From positions 33,387-97,386 of the IMG/VR virus record IMGVR_UViG_3300031760_000012: a DNA stretch of 64,000 nucleotides. One strand, written 5' to 3'. The notes under the pieces are model-generated. The model was not told the origin of the DNA. It did not search any database and saw nothing but the letters and a program-made list of their open reading frames with translations. This document shows, piece after piece, positions 21,250-29,337 of this stretch; positions within the stretch are counted from its first letter, which is position 1, and every line of letters begins with the position of its first letter. Made by a program: the position numbers and the translations under genes. The stretch is from a virus. Its lineage: Duplodnaviria > Heunggongvirae > Uroviricota > Caudoviricetes.

Positions 21250-22272
21250 ATGGCAAATACAAGAGATACATTAGGAGATCAGGCTACTCTTGATGGGCTG
21301 GTTAATGGTACGCTAACGGAGCTTGAAGAAGACGGAGTCACATCTCTTCCGTCGTATGCGCTTCACAAAAACACTCATATCGAGACGCTGAAATTCCCGA
21401 ATGTTACAAGCATTTCCGGTAACGCATTTAACGGATGTTCTGCATTAAAACATCTGGTCCTCGGTAGTTCAACAAAGTGTACGTTGTCAGCAACATCAGC
21501 CTTTACTGGGACGCCGATCAGCATGACTAAAGGCGCGATTTATGTGCCAAAAGATCTTGTGAGTACTTACAAAGCTGACTCCAATTGGAAGAATTATTTT
21601 ATTACATCTGACGAAAATTATCCAACGAGCGAGTATTCGACAATCACTGATTCGTGGGCACAGATCGTCGCGGCTATCAGCGATGGGTCATACGCGACAA
21701 AGTATAATGTCGGCGACACAAAGGCGATTTCGATCAATGGCGTAGATGATTATATGGTTTTGATCGCAAAAGACACTGACGTTCTGGCGGATGGATCTGG
21801 GAATGCGAAAACGACGTGGCTGAGTAAAGGACTATTCGCAACGCACAACATGAATACGCAAAGTACAAACGCAAACGGCTGGGCTCAATCCGGCATGCGT
21901 ACGTGGCTCAGAGAAACAATACTTCCAACTTTAGACTCTACTATACGAAGTGGAATTAAGGAAGTAACAAAAACATACTACGACAAAACCACATCTTCTA
22001 CTCTATCGGTTTCAGACACAGTGTGGATCCCATCTGCTCGTGAGATGTTTGGCGGTACGTCATATGAAGATTCTGGCTGTGACTACACATCATTGTTCAA
22101 TTCAAATTCAGCTCGCATTAAATACAATACATCAGGATCTGCCGACAGTTGGTGGCTGCGTTCTGCTCATAGCAGCTACGACACTAACTTCCGTTATGTG
22201 CGTAGCAACGGTGGCGTGGACGACAGCGGTGCCAGCAGTACTCGTGGCGTAGCCCTCGGCTTCTCGATTTGA
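21250..22272 (+). CDS. DGR target protein 2 (340 aa), a short paralog of the C-terminal LRR + variable domain of target 1
   Basis: About 60 percent identical to the last roughly 330 aa of the 2002-aa protein (same BspA-like LRR, SDTVWIPSARE, WWLRSA, GVALGF). RBS AAAGGA. The 3' end carries VR2. Confidence 0.8.
   Translation: MANTRDTLGDQATLDGLVNGTLTELEEDGVTSLPSYALHKNTHIETLKFPNVTSISGNAFNGCSALKHLVLGSSTKCTLSATSAFTGTPISMTKGAIYVPKDLVSTYKADSNWKNYFITSDENYPTSEYSTITDSWAQIVAAISDGSYATKYNVGDTKAISINGVDDYMVLIAKDTDVLADGSGNAKTTWLSKGLFATHNMNTQSTNANGWAQSGMRTWLRETILPTLDSTIRSGIKEVTKTYYDKTTSSTLSVSDTVWIPSAREMFGGTSYEDSGCDYTSLFNSNSARIKYNTSGSADSWWLRSAHSSYDTNFRYVRSNGGVDDSGASSTRGVALGFSI
22137..22266 (+). repeat. DGR variable region VR2
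   Basis: Aligns with the TR; its 22 internal differences from the TR are all at TR adenines. Differs from VR1 at many of the same adenine-templated positions. Confidence 0.85.
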
Positions 22273-22290
22273 TCTATATACCACTAAATC

Positions 22291-22310
22291 TCGCCGCCTG
22301 CGTGCGGCGA
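22291..22310 (+). promoter_or_regulatory. GC-rich hairpin downstream of VR2 (identical to the one after VR1)
   Basis: TCGCCGCctgcgtGCGGCGA located 25 nt after the VR2 stop codon. Confidence 0.6.
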
Positions 22311-22506
22311 ACCAGAACCCCTTTGGTTTAGCGTGCATGTCTGGACGCTTGTAATATTGGTGACGTATAAACCTTCCAGAATATTCCCATGGTACAGTCG
22401 CTATAGTCCACTCTTTTACGATAGAAAGGAGTTAGTTATGAGTAACTCAGATCCGCCATTTAATTAAATCGCGCAGTTATCGTCATAGAACAGAAAAGAG
22501 AATAAT

Positions 22507-22893
22507 ATGGGATACAGATATTATAACCCAAATCCTTCCGGCAGAATGGTTGGCGATTGTGTAATACGCGCAATATCAAAAGCAACAAACAGAAGCTGGG
22601 AGGAGATCTATGTAAAGGTCGCCATTCAGGGATTGATGATGCATGATATGCCTTCATCGAATTCCGTCTGGGGATCTTTTTTATATAATCAAAATTTTCA
22701 CAGGTATTCAATCCCAGACATGTGTCCGGATTGTTACACCGTCGCCGAGTTTGCCGAAGATAACCCAATAGGTACATTCGTCTTAGCGACCGGCACACAC
22801 GTCGTAACAGTCCAAGATGGAGATTATTACGACGCATGGGACAGTGGATCAGAAATACCAGCATATTTTTGGACTCGAAAGGAGAATAATTAA
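22507..22893 (+). CDS. hypothetical protein (possible Cys/His/Asp papain-like fold)
   Basis: 128 aa; GDCVIRAIS ... GTHVVTVQDGDYYDAWDSG gives a Cys...His...Asp order. No confident family assignment. Confidence 0.45.
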   Translation: MGYRYYNPNPSGRMVGDCVIRAISKATNRSWEEIYVKVAIQGLMMHDMPSSNSVWGSFLYNQNFHRYSIPDMCPDCYTVAEFAEDNPIGTFVLATGTHVVTVQDGDYYDAWDSGSEIPAYFWTRKENN

Positions 22894-23426
22894 TGGCTTA
22901 TAACAATGGATTTCCAATAGGCTATCAACCGATTCAGTCGGTTCAGCCAATGCAGCCTGTCCAGCAGGCTCAGCCAAACGTCAACATGCAACAGCAACAG
23001 ATGTATCAACAGCCAGCTATCCAAACTCAGCAAATGCCACAGCCGCAAAGCAGCGACCATGGAATCATCTGGGTTCAAGGTGATGCAGGCGCGAAGTCGT
23101 ACCTCGTTGCACCGAACCAGAGTGTAATGCTGATGGACAGCGAGCAAAACTGTTTTTACATCAAATCTGCTGACGCCTCTGGCATGCCGCTGCCGCTTCG
23201 GACGTTCGACTATACCGAACGCGTGCAAGCGACCGAGATGCCGCCAGAGAGAGAAGTTGACATGTCGGCGTACATAACTAAGGACGAATACGAGTCCCGC
23301 GCGGCGAACTTCGCATCAACGATCGACGGATTATCCGCGCAACTCTCAGAGTCACTCAAGAAGATCAACGATCTCTCAGCGCAGCTCGAATCCATGTCAG
23401 ATTATTCGAATAAGAAAAGGAAGTGA
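22893..23426 (+). CDS. hypothetical protein with Q/P-rich N-terminus
   Basis: 177-aa ORF; ATGA overlap with the upstream gene. Confidence 0.5.
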   Translation: MAYNNGFPIGYQPIQSVQPMQPVQQAQPNVNMQQQQMYQQPAIQTQQMPQPQSSDHGIIWVQGDAGAKSYLVAPNQSVMLMDSEQNCFYIKSADASGMPLPLRTFDYTERVQATEMPPEREVDMSAYITKDEYESRAANFASTIDGLSAQLSESLKKINDLSAQLESMSDYSNKKRK

Positions 23427-23665
23427 AGTTAGTTATGGCTAATCAATTATTCAACATGCTCGGCGGAGGCATGCCTCAAATGCCGGGACCATTTGGCAAC
23501 ATCATGAATATGCTCGGAGCGCTCACGCAGTTCAGGCAGAACTTTCAGGGCAACCCACAGCAACAGGTCCAGCAGATGCTGAACTCTGGTCAGATCACGC
23601 AGGAACAGTTCAATCAGGCTGCGCAGATGGCGACCCAGATCCAAAATATGCTTAATGGAAGATAA
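23423..23665 (+). CDS. hypothetical small Q/N/M-rich protein
   Basis: 80-aa ORF; ATGA overlap with the upstream gene. An alternative start exists at 23436. Confidence 0.4.
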   Translation: MKLVMANQLFNMLGGGMPQMPGPFGNIMNMLGALTQFRQNFQGNPQQQVQQMLNSGQITQEQFNQAAQMATQIQNMLNGR

Positions 23666-23734
23666 GGGGCACTCACGTATATGAGTGTTTTTGTATGATT
23701 AGATATTTCCATATTTTAACAAAAGGAGAACATT

Positions 23735-24610
23735 ATGGCATTAACATCTTCTGAAATGAGCCCTGCGGATATCGCGGCAGTAACAAACAACAATGGAAAC
23801 AACGGAATGTGGGGAGATTCGTTTAGTTGGTGGATTATCATCCTCTTCCTTTTCGCCTTTGTCGGCAACGGAAGCTGGGGCTTTGGCGGCGGCAACAACG
23901 GTGGCGCTGTTCCGTACATGATGGCAACGAACACAAACGCAGACGTACAGCGTGGCTTCGACCAGGCATCTGTCATGGGTGCGCTTGGTGATCTGAACGT
24001 AGGTCAGGTTAACGGCTTCGCGAATGTACAGCAGGCGATGTGCTCTGGCTTCAACGGCGTAAATCAGGCTGTCAATAACGGATTTGCACAAGCTGAGATT
24101 TCCGCCAACGCGAGACAGATGGCTGATATGCAGCAGAGCTTCGCGTCCCAGACTGCTCTTACGCAGGGACTGAACGCACTGCAGGGTCAGCTCGCTATGA
24201 TTGGAAGCACTCAGGCGATGAACTCCGCCGATCTGAAATACACCATCGCGACTGAAGCATGCGCAGATCGTGCCGCTGTTACTGACGCACTTAGGGCAGT
24301 CAACGACAATGTCGATGCCAAGGCTCAGATGATTATTGACAAGATGTGCCAGTCCGAGCTCGACGCTGAGAGACGTGAGAACGCCAACCTCAGATCTCAG
24401 ATCCAGCTCATGCAGCTGACAAGCACGCAGGAAAATCAAACTCAGACACTCCTTGCCGGACAAAACGCAGGCGTCGCTTCTATTCTGGCGGGTCAGGCTC
24501 AGCGCGCCGCAGAAGTAGAACAGTACGTCAACCCTACAGCAGTTCCTGCATACATCGTGCAGAATCCTAACTGCTGCACTCCTCAGTACGGAACTGGATG
24601 CGGATGCTAA
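23735..24610 (+). CDS. hypothetical membrane-anchored protein
   Basis: 291 aa; one TM helix (WWIIILFLFAFVG), a G/N-rich region and a Cys-rich C-terminus (NCCTPQYGTGCGC). Confidence 0.5.
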   Translation: MALTSSEMSPADIAAVTNNNGNNGMWGDSFSWWIIILFLFAFVGNGSWGFGGGNNGGAVPYMMATNTNADVQRGFDQASVMGALGDLNVGQVNGFANVQQAMCSGFNGVNQAVNNGFAQAEISANARQMADMQQSFASQTALTQGLNALQGQLAMIGSTQAMNSADLKYTIATEACADRAAVTDALRAVNDNVDAKAQMIIDKMCQSELDAERRENANLRSQIQLMQLTSTQENQTQTLLAGQNAGVASILAGQAQRAAEVEQYVNPTAVPAYIVQNPNCCTPQYGTGCGC

Positions 24611-24624
24611 GGTGGTGACGATAC

Positions 24625-25077
24625 ATGGCTGAATATTTAAACAACGACGTCCAGACCGTTGCGCCGGGCGCTGCTGTAGCGCTTCGCACAAGCATTGGAT
24701 GTACAAAAGGTTTTATATACCACCGTCCAGAGAGTGGCATTCTTATTCTCCGCGGTGTCGTCAACAATCCGTGTTCGAATTTTGCACGCTATCAGGTTAC
24801 GTTCAACGGCAACATCGCAGTCGCCGAAGGAGGCACGCCGGGACCGATCGCAGTTGCACTCGCCATCGACAGTGAGCCGATCGCGACGAGTACTGCCATC
24901 GTAACTCCGACTGTCGCCGAGGCGTTCTTTAACGTCACATCGACGGCGATCATCGACGTACCACGTGGATGCTGCCTGAATCTGTCTGTCGAGAATGTAC
25001 CGGCAGATCCGACAGCGGTAACAACACCGACAATTAACGTACAGAATTCGAACCTGACCGTATCGAGAATCGCATGA
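24625..25077 (+). CDS. hypothetical beta-rich protein
   Basis: 150-aa ORF; RBS AAGGTGGTGA. Confidence 0.5.
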   Translation: MAEYLNNDVQTVAPGAAVALRTSIGCTKGFIYHRPESGILILRGVVNNPCSNFARYQVTFNGNIAVAEGGTPGPIAVALAIDSEPIATSTAIVTPTVAEAFFNVTSTAIIDVPRGCCLNLSVENVPADPTAVTTPTINVQNSNLTVSRIA

Positions 25078-25090
25078 GGGGGTTATACGA

Positions 25091-25543
25091 ATGGATAAAT
25101 TAAAGGATCTGAAATCCATGCTCGAGCTCCAGGTGAACCAAATCGTAGCCAAGGGCGACATTAACCCACAGGATCTCGAGATGCTTGACAAAGCAGTTGA
25201 TATTATCAAAGACATAGAAACGATTTGCGCAATGCGCGAGGCGGGCTACTCGCAGACGAATCCATACGCGAGAAACGGATACAGCTATGCTATGGACGAG
25301 GACGGATATTCACAGGGTTGGTTCGACCCTGTATATCACGAGGGCCGGAACTATCATACCAATGGCGGCACACACACCGATGGTATGTCTTACATGCAGA
25401 GACCGATGAATTACAGACGTGGCTACAGTCGCGACGAAGCGAAGGATCACATGCTCGACACACTCGAGGATATGATGGAAGAAGCTACTACAGAAAAAGA
25501 ACGGAACGCGATCAGACGCTGCATGGAGAAGATAAGGGCTTAG
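25091..25543 (+). CDS. hypothetical protein
   Basis: 150-aa ORF; RBS GAGGGGG. Confidence 0.5.
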   Translation: MDKLKDLKSMLELQVNQIVAKGDINPQDLEMLDKAVDIIKDIETICAMREAGYSQTNPYARNGYSYAMDEDGYSQGWFDPVYHEGRNYHTNGGTHTDGMSYMQRPMNYRRGYSRDEAKDHMLDTLEDMMEEATTEKERNAIRRCMEKIRA

Positions 25544-25577
25544 TCTGCCTTTGATATGAAATAAGGGGGTGGACAAG

Positions 25578-25922
25578 GTGACAATACCATGGGAGTTTCT
25601 GTCGACGATTATCGTCGCGGTGTTTGCGTCCACTGGGTTCTGGACGCTCGTTACGAACATTTACAACAAGAGATCGAGTCAGCACTCAGCTGAGACGAAG
25701 CTGCTGCTTGGCGTAGCCCATAACATGATTTTCGACAAGTGCGAGAGATATTTACGGCGCGGCTGGGTTACACCAGAAGAACTGGACGATCTGATTTATA
25801 TATACACACCATATTATGACACTGGCGGCAACGGTACTGCCAAGTTGATGGTTGAAAGAGTAAAACAGCTGCCTGTTAAACAGGTATTTTCGAACGAAGA
25901 GGAGGTCGCGCAAGATGATTAA
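25578..25922 (+). CDS. small membrane protein next to the holin (possible holin partner/antiholin)
   Basis: GTG start preceded by AAGGGGGTGG; N-terminal TM helix (FLSTIIVAVFASTGFWTLV); immediately upstream of the holin and overlapping it. Confidence 0.4.
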   Translation: MTIPWEFLSTIIVAVFASTGFWTLVTNIYNKRSSQHSAETKLLLGVAHNMIFDKCERYLRRGWVTPEELDDLIYIYTPYYDTGGNGTAKLMVERVKQLPVKQVFSNEEEVAQDD

Positions 25923-26172
25923 TTGGAAATTACGTTTTAAGAATAAGACTACTTTGATTACTTTACTCGTTGCGGTAGCAACGTTCATATATCAGATATT
26001 CGGGATCATAGGATATGTGCCGCCAATAAGTGAAAGTGAAGTTGTGCAAATCATCGGAACTCTGTGCAACGTCGCAGTCGCGCTCGGCATTATCGTAGAC
26101 CCGACCACAGCTGGCATCGCCGACTCTGACATGGCGATGTACTACGAATCTCCACGCGGAGGTGATGAATAA
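25915..26172 (+). CDS. holin
   Basis: 85 aa, two predicted TM helices, charged C-terminus. Sits directly upstream of and overlapping the endolysin gene. Confidence 0.65.
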   Translation: MINWKLRFKNKTTLITLLVAVATFIYQIFGIIGYVPPISESEVVQIIGTLCNVAVALGIIVDPTTAGIADSDMAMYYESPRGGDE

Positions 26173-27617
26173 TGATCGTTCCTGTTGACTATATGCAAAC
26201 CGACTCTCGGTGGGCTTCAAATAAATATGCGACCAAAGGTGAATCATCCACGATCAAATCAGCTGGATGTGGCATCACCTGCGCAGCAATGGTTATCGCG
26301 ACGCTGAAGAACCAGTCTGTCACTCCGGCGACGACCGCCAAATGGAGTATGGATCATGGTTATAAAGCGTATCATCAAGGCACGTATTATTCGTACTTTA
26401 AGCCACAGATGGCGGAGTACGGAATCGAGTGTAACCAGATGAACGGATCGACGGTTTATCATGGGTCGAACTCAGCCAAGTCGATGAACGAAAAGGCGGC
26501 TCAGACCGTCCGGAACGGCAACTGGGTTATCGCCTGTATGGGCAAGGGCGACTGGACGTCATCTGGGCACTTCGTGTTATGGTACGGAATTGACGACGAA
26601 GGCTACGCGCTGATTCGCGACCCGTACTCGACCAAGGCAACGAGACGTCGCGCGCCGGTTGCAAAGTTTCAGTATCAGGCAAAATTCTATTTCGAAGTAA
26701 AGGTAAACACAGGTGACAACATGGGCACAAACACTTCTTCTCTGGCGGACACGATCCTGAAAAACGGGGCGAAGTTCGTCATCGACGTAAGTTCACATAA
26801 CGGCACAGTCGACTGGTCTCAGGTAAAGGTTGACGGTGCGATTGTCCGTCTTGGGTATCGTGGCTATGGACAGGGTACGTTAACGATGGACACGCAGTTC
26901 AACGCAAACATACAGGGCTGTATTAAGAACAACATCCCGTACAGCGTTTACTGGTTCACGACAGCGATCAATACGAAGGAAGCGGTCGAGGAAGCTGAGT
27001 ACGTTCTGAACGCAGTCAAAAATCTGAAGCTCTGGTATCCGATCTTTATCGACACAGAGTACTCTAACGCGAACAAGAACGGTCGCTCTGACGGACTCGG
27101 CAAGGCAACCAGGACGGCGGTTGTAAAGGCGTTCTGCGAACGGATCAAACAGGATGGATATATCCCTGGTGTATACGCGTCCGAGAGCTGGTTTAAGACG
27201 ATGATCGACGTAAACGAATTACCGTATCGGTACTGGATCGCGAACTACTCGAAGCGTCCTACGTATCACGACTTTGACGGCTGGCAGAGAACTTCGTCTG
27301 GCAAAGTAAACGGCATTAGCACGAATGTCGACGTATCAGAGTGGTACTCTGAGAGAGTTATTTACGATCCGGTACTTAAGACTGCTCTTGAAGAATCCGC
27401 ATACGCTTCTGTGTACGCAGTTTCTGACACACCGGTCGTAGAACCGGCTCCGGCTCCGGCAGATCCAATGGCAGGACATGAGTGGTCTTTGGATGCGCGC
27501 AACTGGGCTGTGCAGCAAGGACTTGTCAAGGGCAAAGGTGAAGATATCGACTGGTTTGAGAATCTGACCCTTGAGCGGTTCGTGACGATTTTGTATAGAT
27601 ATAACTATATGAAATAA
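26172..27617 (+). CDS. endolysin: N-terminal C39-like cysteine peptidase domain + GH25 muramidase domain
   Basis: N-terminus YMQTDSRWA...SAGCGITCAAMV (peptidase C39-like). Central DVSSHNGTVDWSQVKVDGAIVRLGYRG...IDTEY (glycoside hydrolase family 25 pattern). Confidence 0.8.
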   Translation: MIVPVDYMQTDSRWASNKYATKGESSTIKSAGCGITCAAMVIATLKNQSVTPATTAKWSMDHGYKAYHQGTYYSYFKPQMAEYGIECNQMNGSTVYHGSNSAKSMNEKAAQTVRNGNWVIACMGKGDWTSSGHFVLWYGIDDEGYALIRDPYSTKATRRRAPVAKFQYQAKFYFEVKVNTGDNMGTNTSSLADTILKNGAKFVIDVSSHNGTVDWSQVKVDGAIVRLGYRGYGQGTLTMDTQFNANIQGCIKNNIPYSVYWFTTAINTKEAVEEAEYVLNAVKNLKLWYPIFIDTEYSNANKNGRSDGLGKATRTAVVKAFCERIKQDGYIPGVYASESWFKTMIDVNELPYRYWIANYSKRPTYHDFDGWQRTSSGKVNGISTNVDVSEWYSERVIYDPVLKTALEESAYASVYAVSDTPVVEPAPAPADPMAGHEWSLDARNWAVQQGLVKGKGEDIDWFENLTLERFVTILYRYNYMK

Positions 27618-27933
27618 CGCAAAAAATGGAGAGAGCCCTGCAATTAAGCAGATAGCTCTCTCCGTCTAGTATACAAATTAGTGTACAAAAATCTCGTCCA
27701 AGTAGAACTTCGGTGTACACCGAGATAATCTTTTCATGAGCAAATTGACAGAAATTTGTATTAATTTCGATCCAACCGCAACCGTTGGAATTTCAACGTT
27801 TGTGGGCATTATTTTTAAAAGGATTTTATAGCTTTGCAATAAATACTTTATCTTAATCGAGTTGCAAAAGTTGTGTATTTGCAACACATCCGATGGACGA
27901 TTTATACTTTCGTGTACAAAAAATTTTTGTACA
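27618..27933. promoter_or_regulatory. AT-rich intergenic region between the lysis module and integrase: candidate attP with repeated GTGTACA-containing sites
   Basis: GTGTACAAAAATC at 27681; 12-bp palindrome CGGTGTACACCG at 27711; perfect palindrome GTGTACAAAAAATTTTTGTACAC at 27912-27934 abutting the integrase stop; inverted repeat GTTGCAAA...TTTGCAAC at 27861-27892. Confidence 0.4.
27628..27663 (+). terminator. stem-loop after the lysis genes (putative terminator)
   Basis: GGAGAGAGC-18 nt-GCTCTCTCC inverted repeat starting 11 nt after the endolysin stop. There is no strong T tract, so the assignment is tentative. Confidence 0.4.
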
Positions 27934-29139
27934 CTAAAACCGTGCTATTGCGGAATTAATTTTGTTAATTTCATTTGGGATAGTTTCGTTCGTCATATGC
28001 GTATATTTAAGCGTCATATTATAAGACGAGTGTCCCATTATAGTCTGGACATAAATAGGCGACATGCCGACTTCGAAACACTTCGAGGCGAACGTATGTC
28101 GAAACAAGTGAGGGTGTATCTGCGGAATATCACGCGCAGGACGCCCTTCTTTTTTTGCGTTTTCCTCTTCCAGTGCGATCATACGTTCGCGGTTGTTGAT
28201 CATCAGACTTGCGAAGTTGTGCCTGATGTACGGTCTCCCTGTGCGCGGCACAATAAAGACAAGATCGTAATATTCTTCCTTATATTCTGGTGTCTTCCGC
28301 TTAATAAACTTCTCATGCAGAGCCTGTCGCTTCTCGCGCCACTCGGTTAGTAGCTCTCTCATGCCGCCAATGAAAGGAATCATGCGGTTGCCGGATTCCG
28401 ACTTCGGTCCGACGAATCGGCACTTCATATTCCCTTCGACGTGTGCACATGTAAGCGATCGCTGAATATGGATCAGCCCTTTGTCGAAGTCAATATCAGA
28501 CCATTTTAACGCAGACAGCTCTCCAACGCGGACCCCAGTCAGCAGCATGAACTTCAGCACCTCGTACCCAGGGCGACCCTTCATTACGTCGAAGAACAAT
28601 CTTACCATCCAGTCATCCAGCGCGAACGAAGGATTTCTCTTTCTGACGGCAGTGTTTATATGGATGTCGACGCATGGGTTCGTCTGGATCAGCCCGTTCG
28701 CCACAGCATATTTAAAGATCTGCCGGGTTGTGGATAACCCCGTTACAATCGTCGTAACACCGCGACCACTCTCGATCAGCTCGTTTGTGACACGCTGAAT
28801 GTCGATCTGATGTATATCTTCTAATCTGGCGGATCCGATCATCGCAGGATACGTATTGTCGTACTTCTTCCGGAAGAGCAGCTCATCCAGATCGCACTTC
28901 AGTTTCCGACGCTTCACCGTGTTAAACCATGTTTCGTACCATGAACCGAACGTGGTTTTTCCGGTGTTCCGTGTTTCTTCTTCTCGAATCGCTTCTTTGA
29001 ATTTAGCCCTGACTTCCGTCAGCGATCTCCCAGATGCGGAGACCGTCTTTCCGTCGATCATTTTCCGCGCGACGTATAATCCGTCAGGACGTTGCGATAT
29101 CCCCTTTCCTAATTCTTTTCCTTTTAAGCTTTTGCCCAC
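27934..29139 (-). CDS. int: tyrosine site-specific integrase
   Basis: 401 aa. C-terminal catalytic region HPHLFRHTFAS...GHSSYNMTLKYTHM (R-H-R-Y family). GTG start with AGGAGAG RBS. Confidence 0.9.
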   Translation of the reverse strand: MGKSLKGKELGKGISQRPDGLYVARKMIDGKTVSASGRSLTEVRAKFKEAIREEETRNTGKTTFGSWYETWFNTVKRRKLKCDLDELLFRKKYDNTYPAMIGSARLEDIHQIDIQRVTNELIESGRGVTTIVTGLSTTRQIFKYAVANGLIQTNPCVDIHINTAVRKRNPSFALDDWMVRLFFDVMKGRPGYEVLKFMLLTGVRVGELSALKWSDIDFDKGLIHIQRSLTCAHVEGNMKCRFVGPKSESGNRMIPFIGGMRELLTEWREKRQALHEKFIKRKTPEYKEEYYDLVFIVPRTGRPYIRHNFASLMINNRERMIALEEENAKKEGRPARDIPQIHPHLFRHTFASKCFEVGMSPIYVQTIMGHSSYNMTLKYTHMTNETIPNEINKINSAIARF

Positions 29140-29151
29140 TTTATCTCTCCT

Positions 29152-29337
29152 CTACTTGCCCGTAGATCCCATTCCACCATTCCTGACAGCAGTTGCGTTG
29201 TCGTCAGAAGTGATTCCATACGGCAAGAAGATGCCTTGTGCAAAACGCTCTTCTTTGTTGATAATTACATTATCGCTACTTGCTGTTACGCGCATTTTAA
29301 TCATAATATGCCCTTCGTTGTCTGCGTAATAGTAGTC
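29152..29337 (-). CDS. dut: dUTPase, exon 2 (C-terminal motifs 3b-5)
   Basis: DYYYADNEGHIMIK...ERFAQGIF...RNGGMGSTGK correspond to dUTPase motifs 3 (DYRGE-like), 4 (RIAQL) and 5 (GFGSTG). Confidence 0.65.
   Translation of the reverse strand, partial: DYYYADNEGHIMIKMRVTASSDNVIINKEERFAQGIFLPYGITSDDNATAVRNGGMGSTGK

Noticed and set aside
22273-22506. A tiny ORF (MSNSDPPFN) and a possible promoter in the 230-bp gap after VR2
   Set aside because: The ORF is too short and is unsupported. The region likely holds the hairpin plus a late promoter, but no confident -35/-10 assignment can be made by eye.
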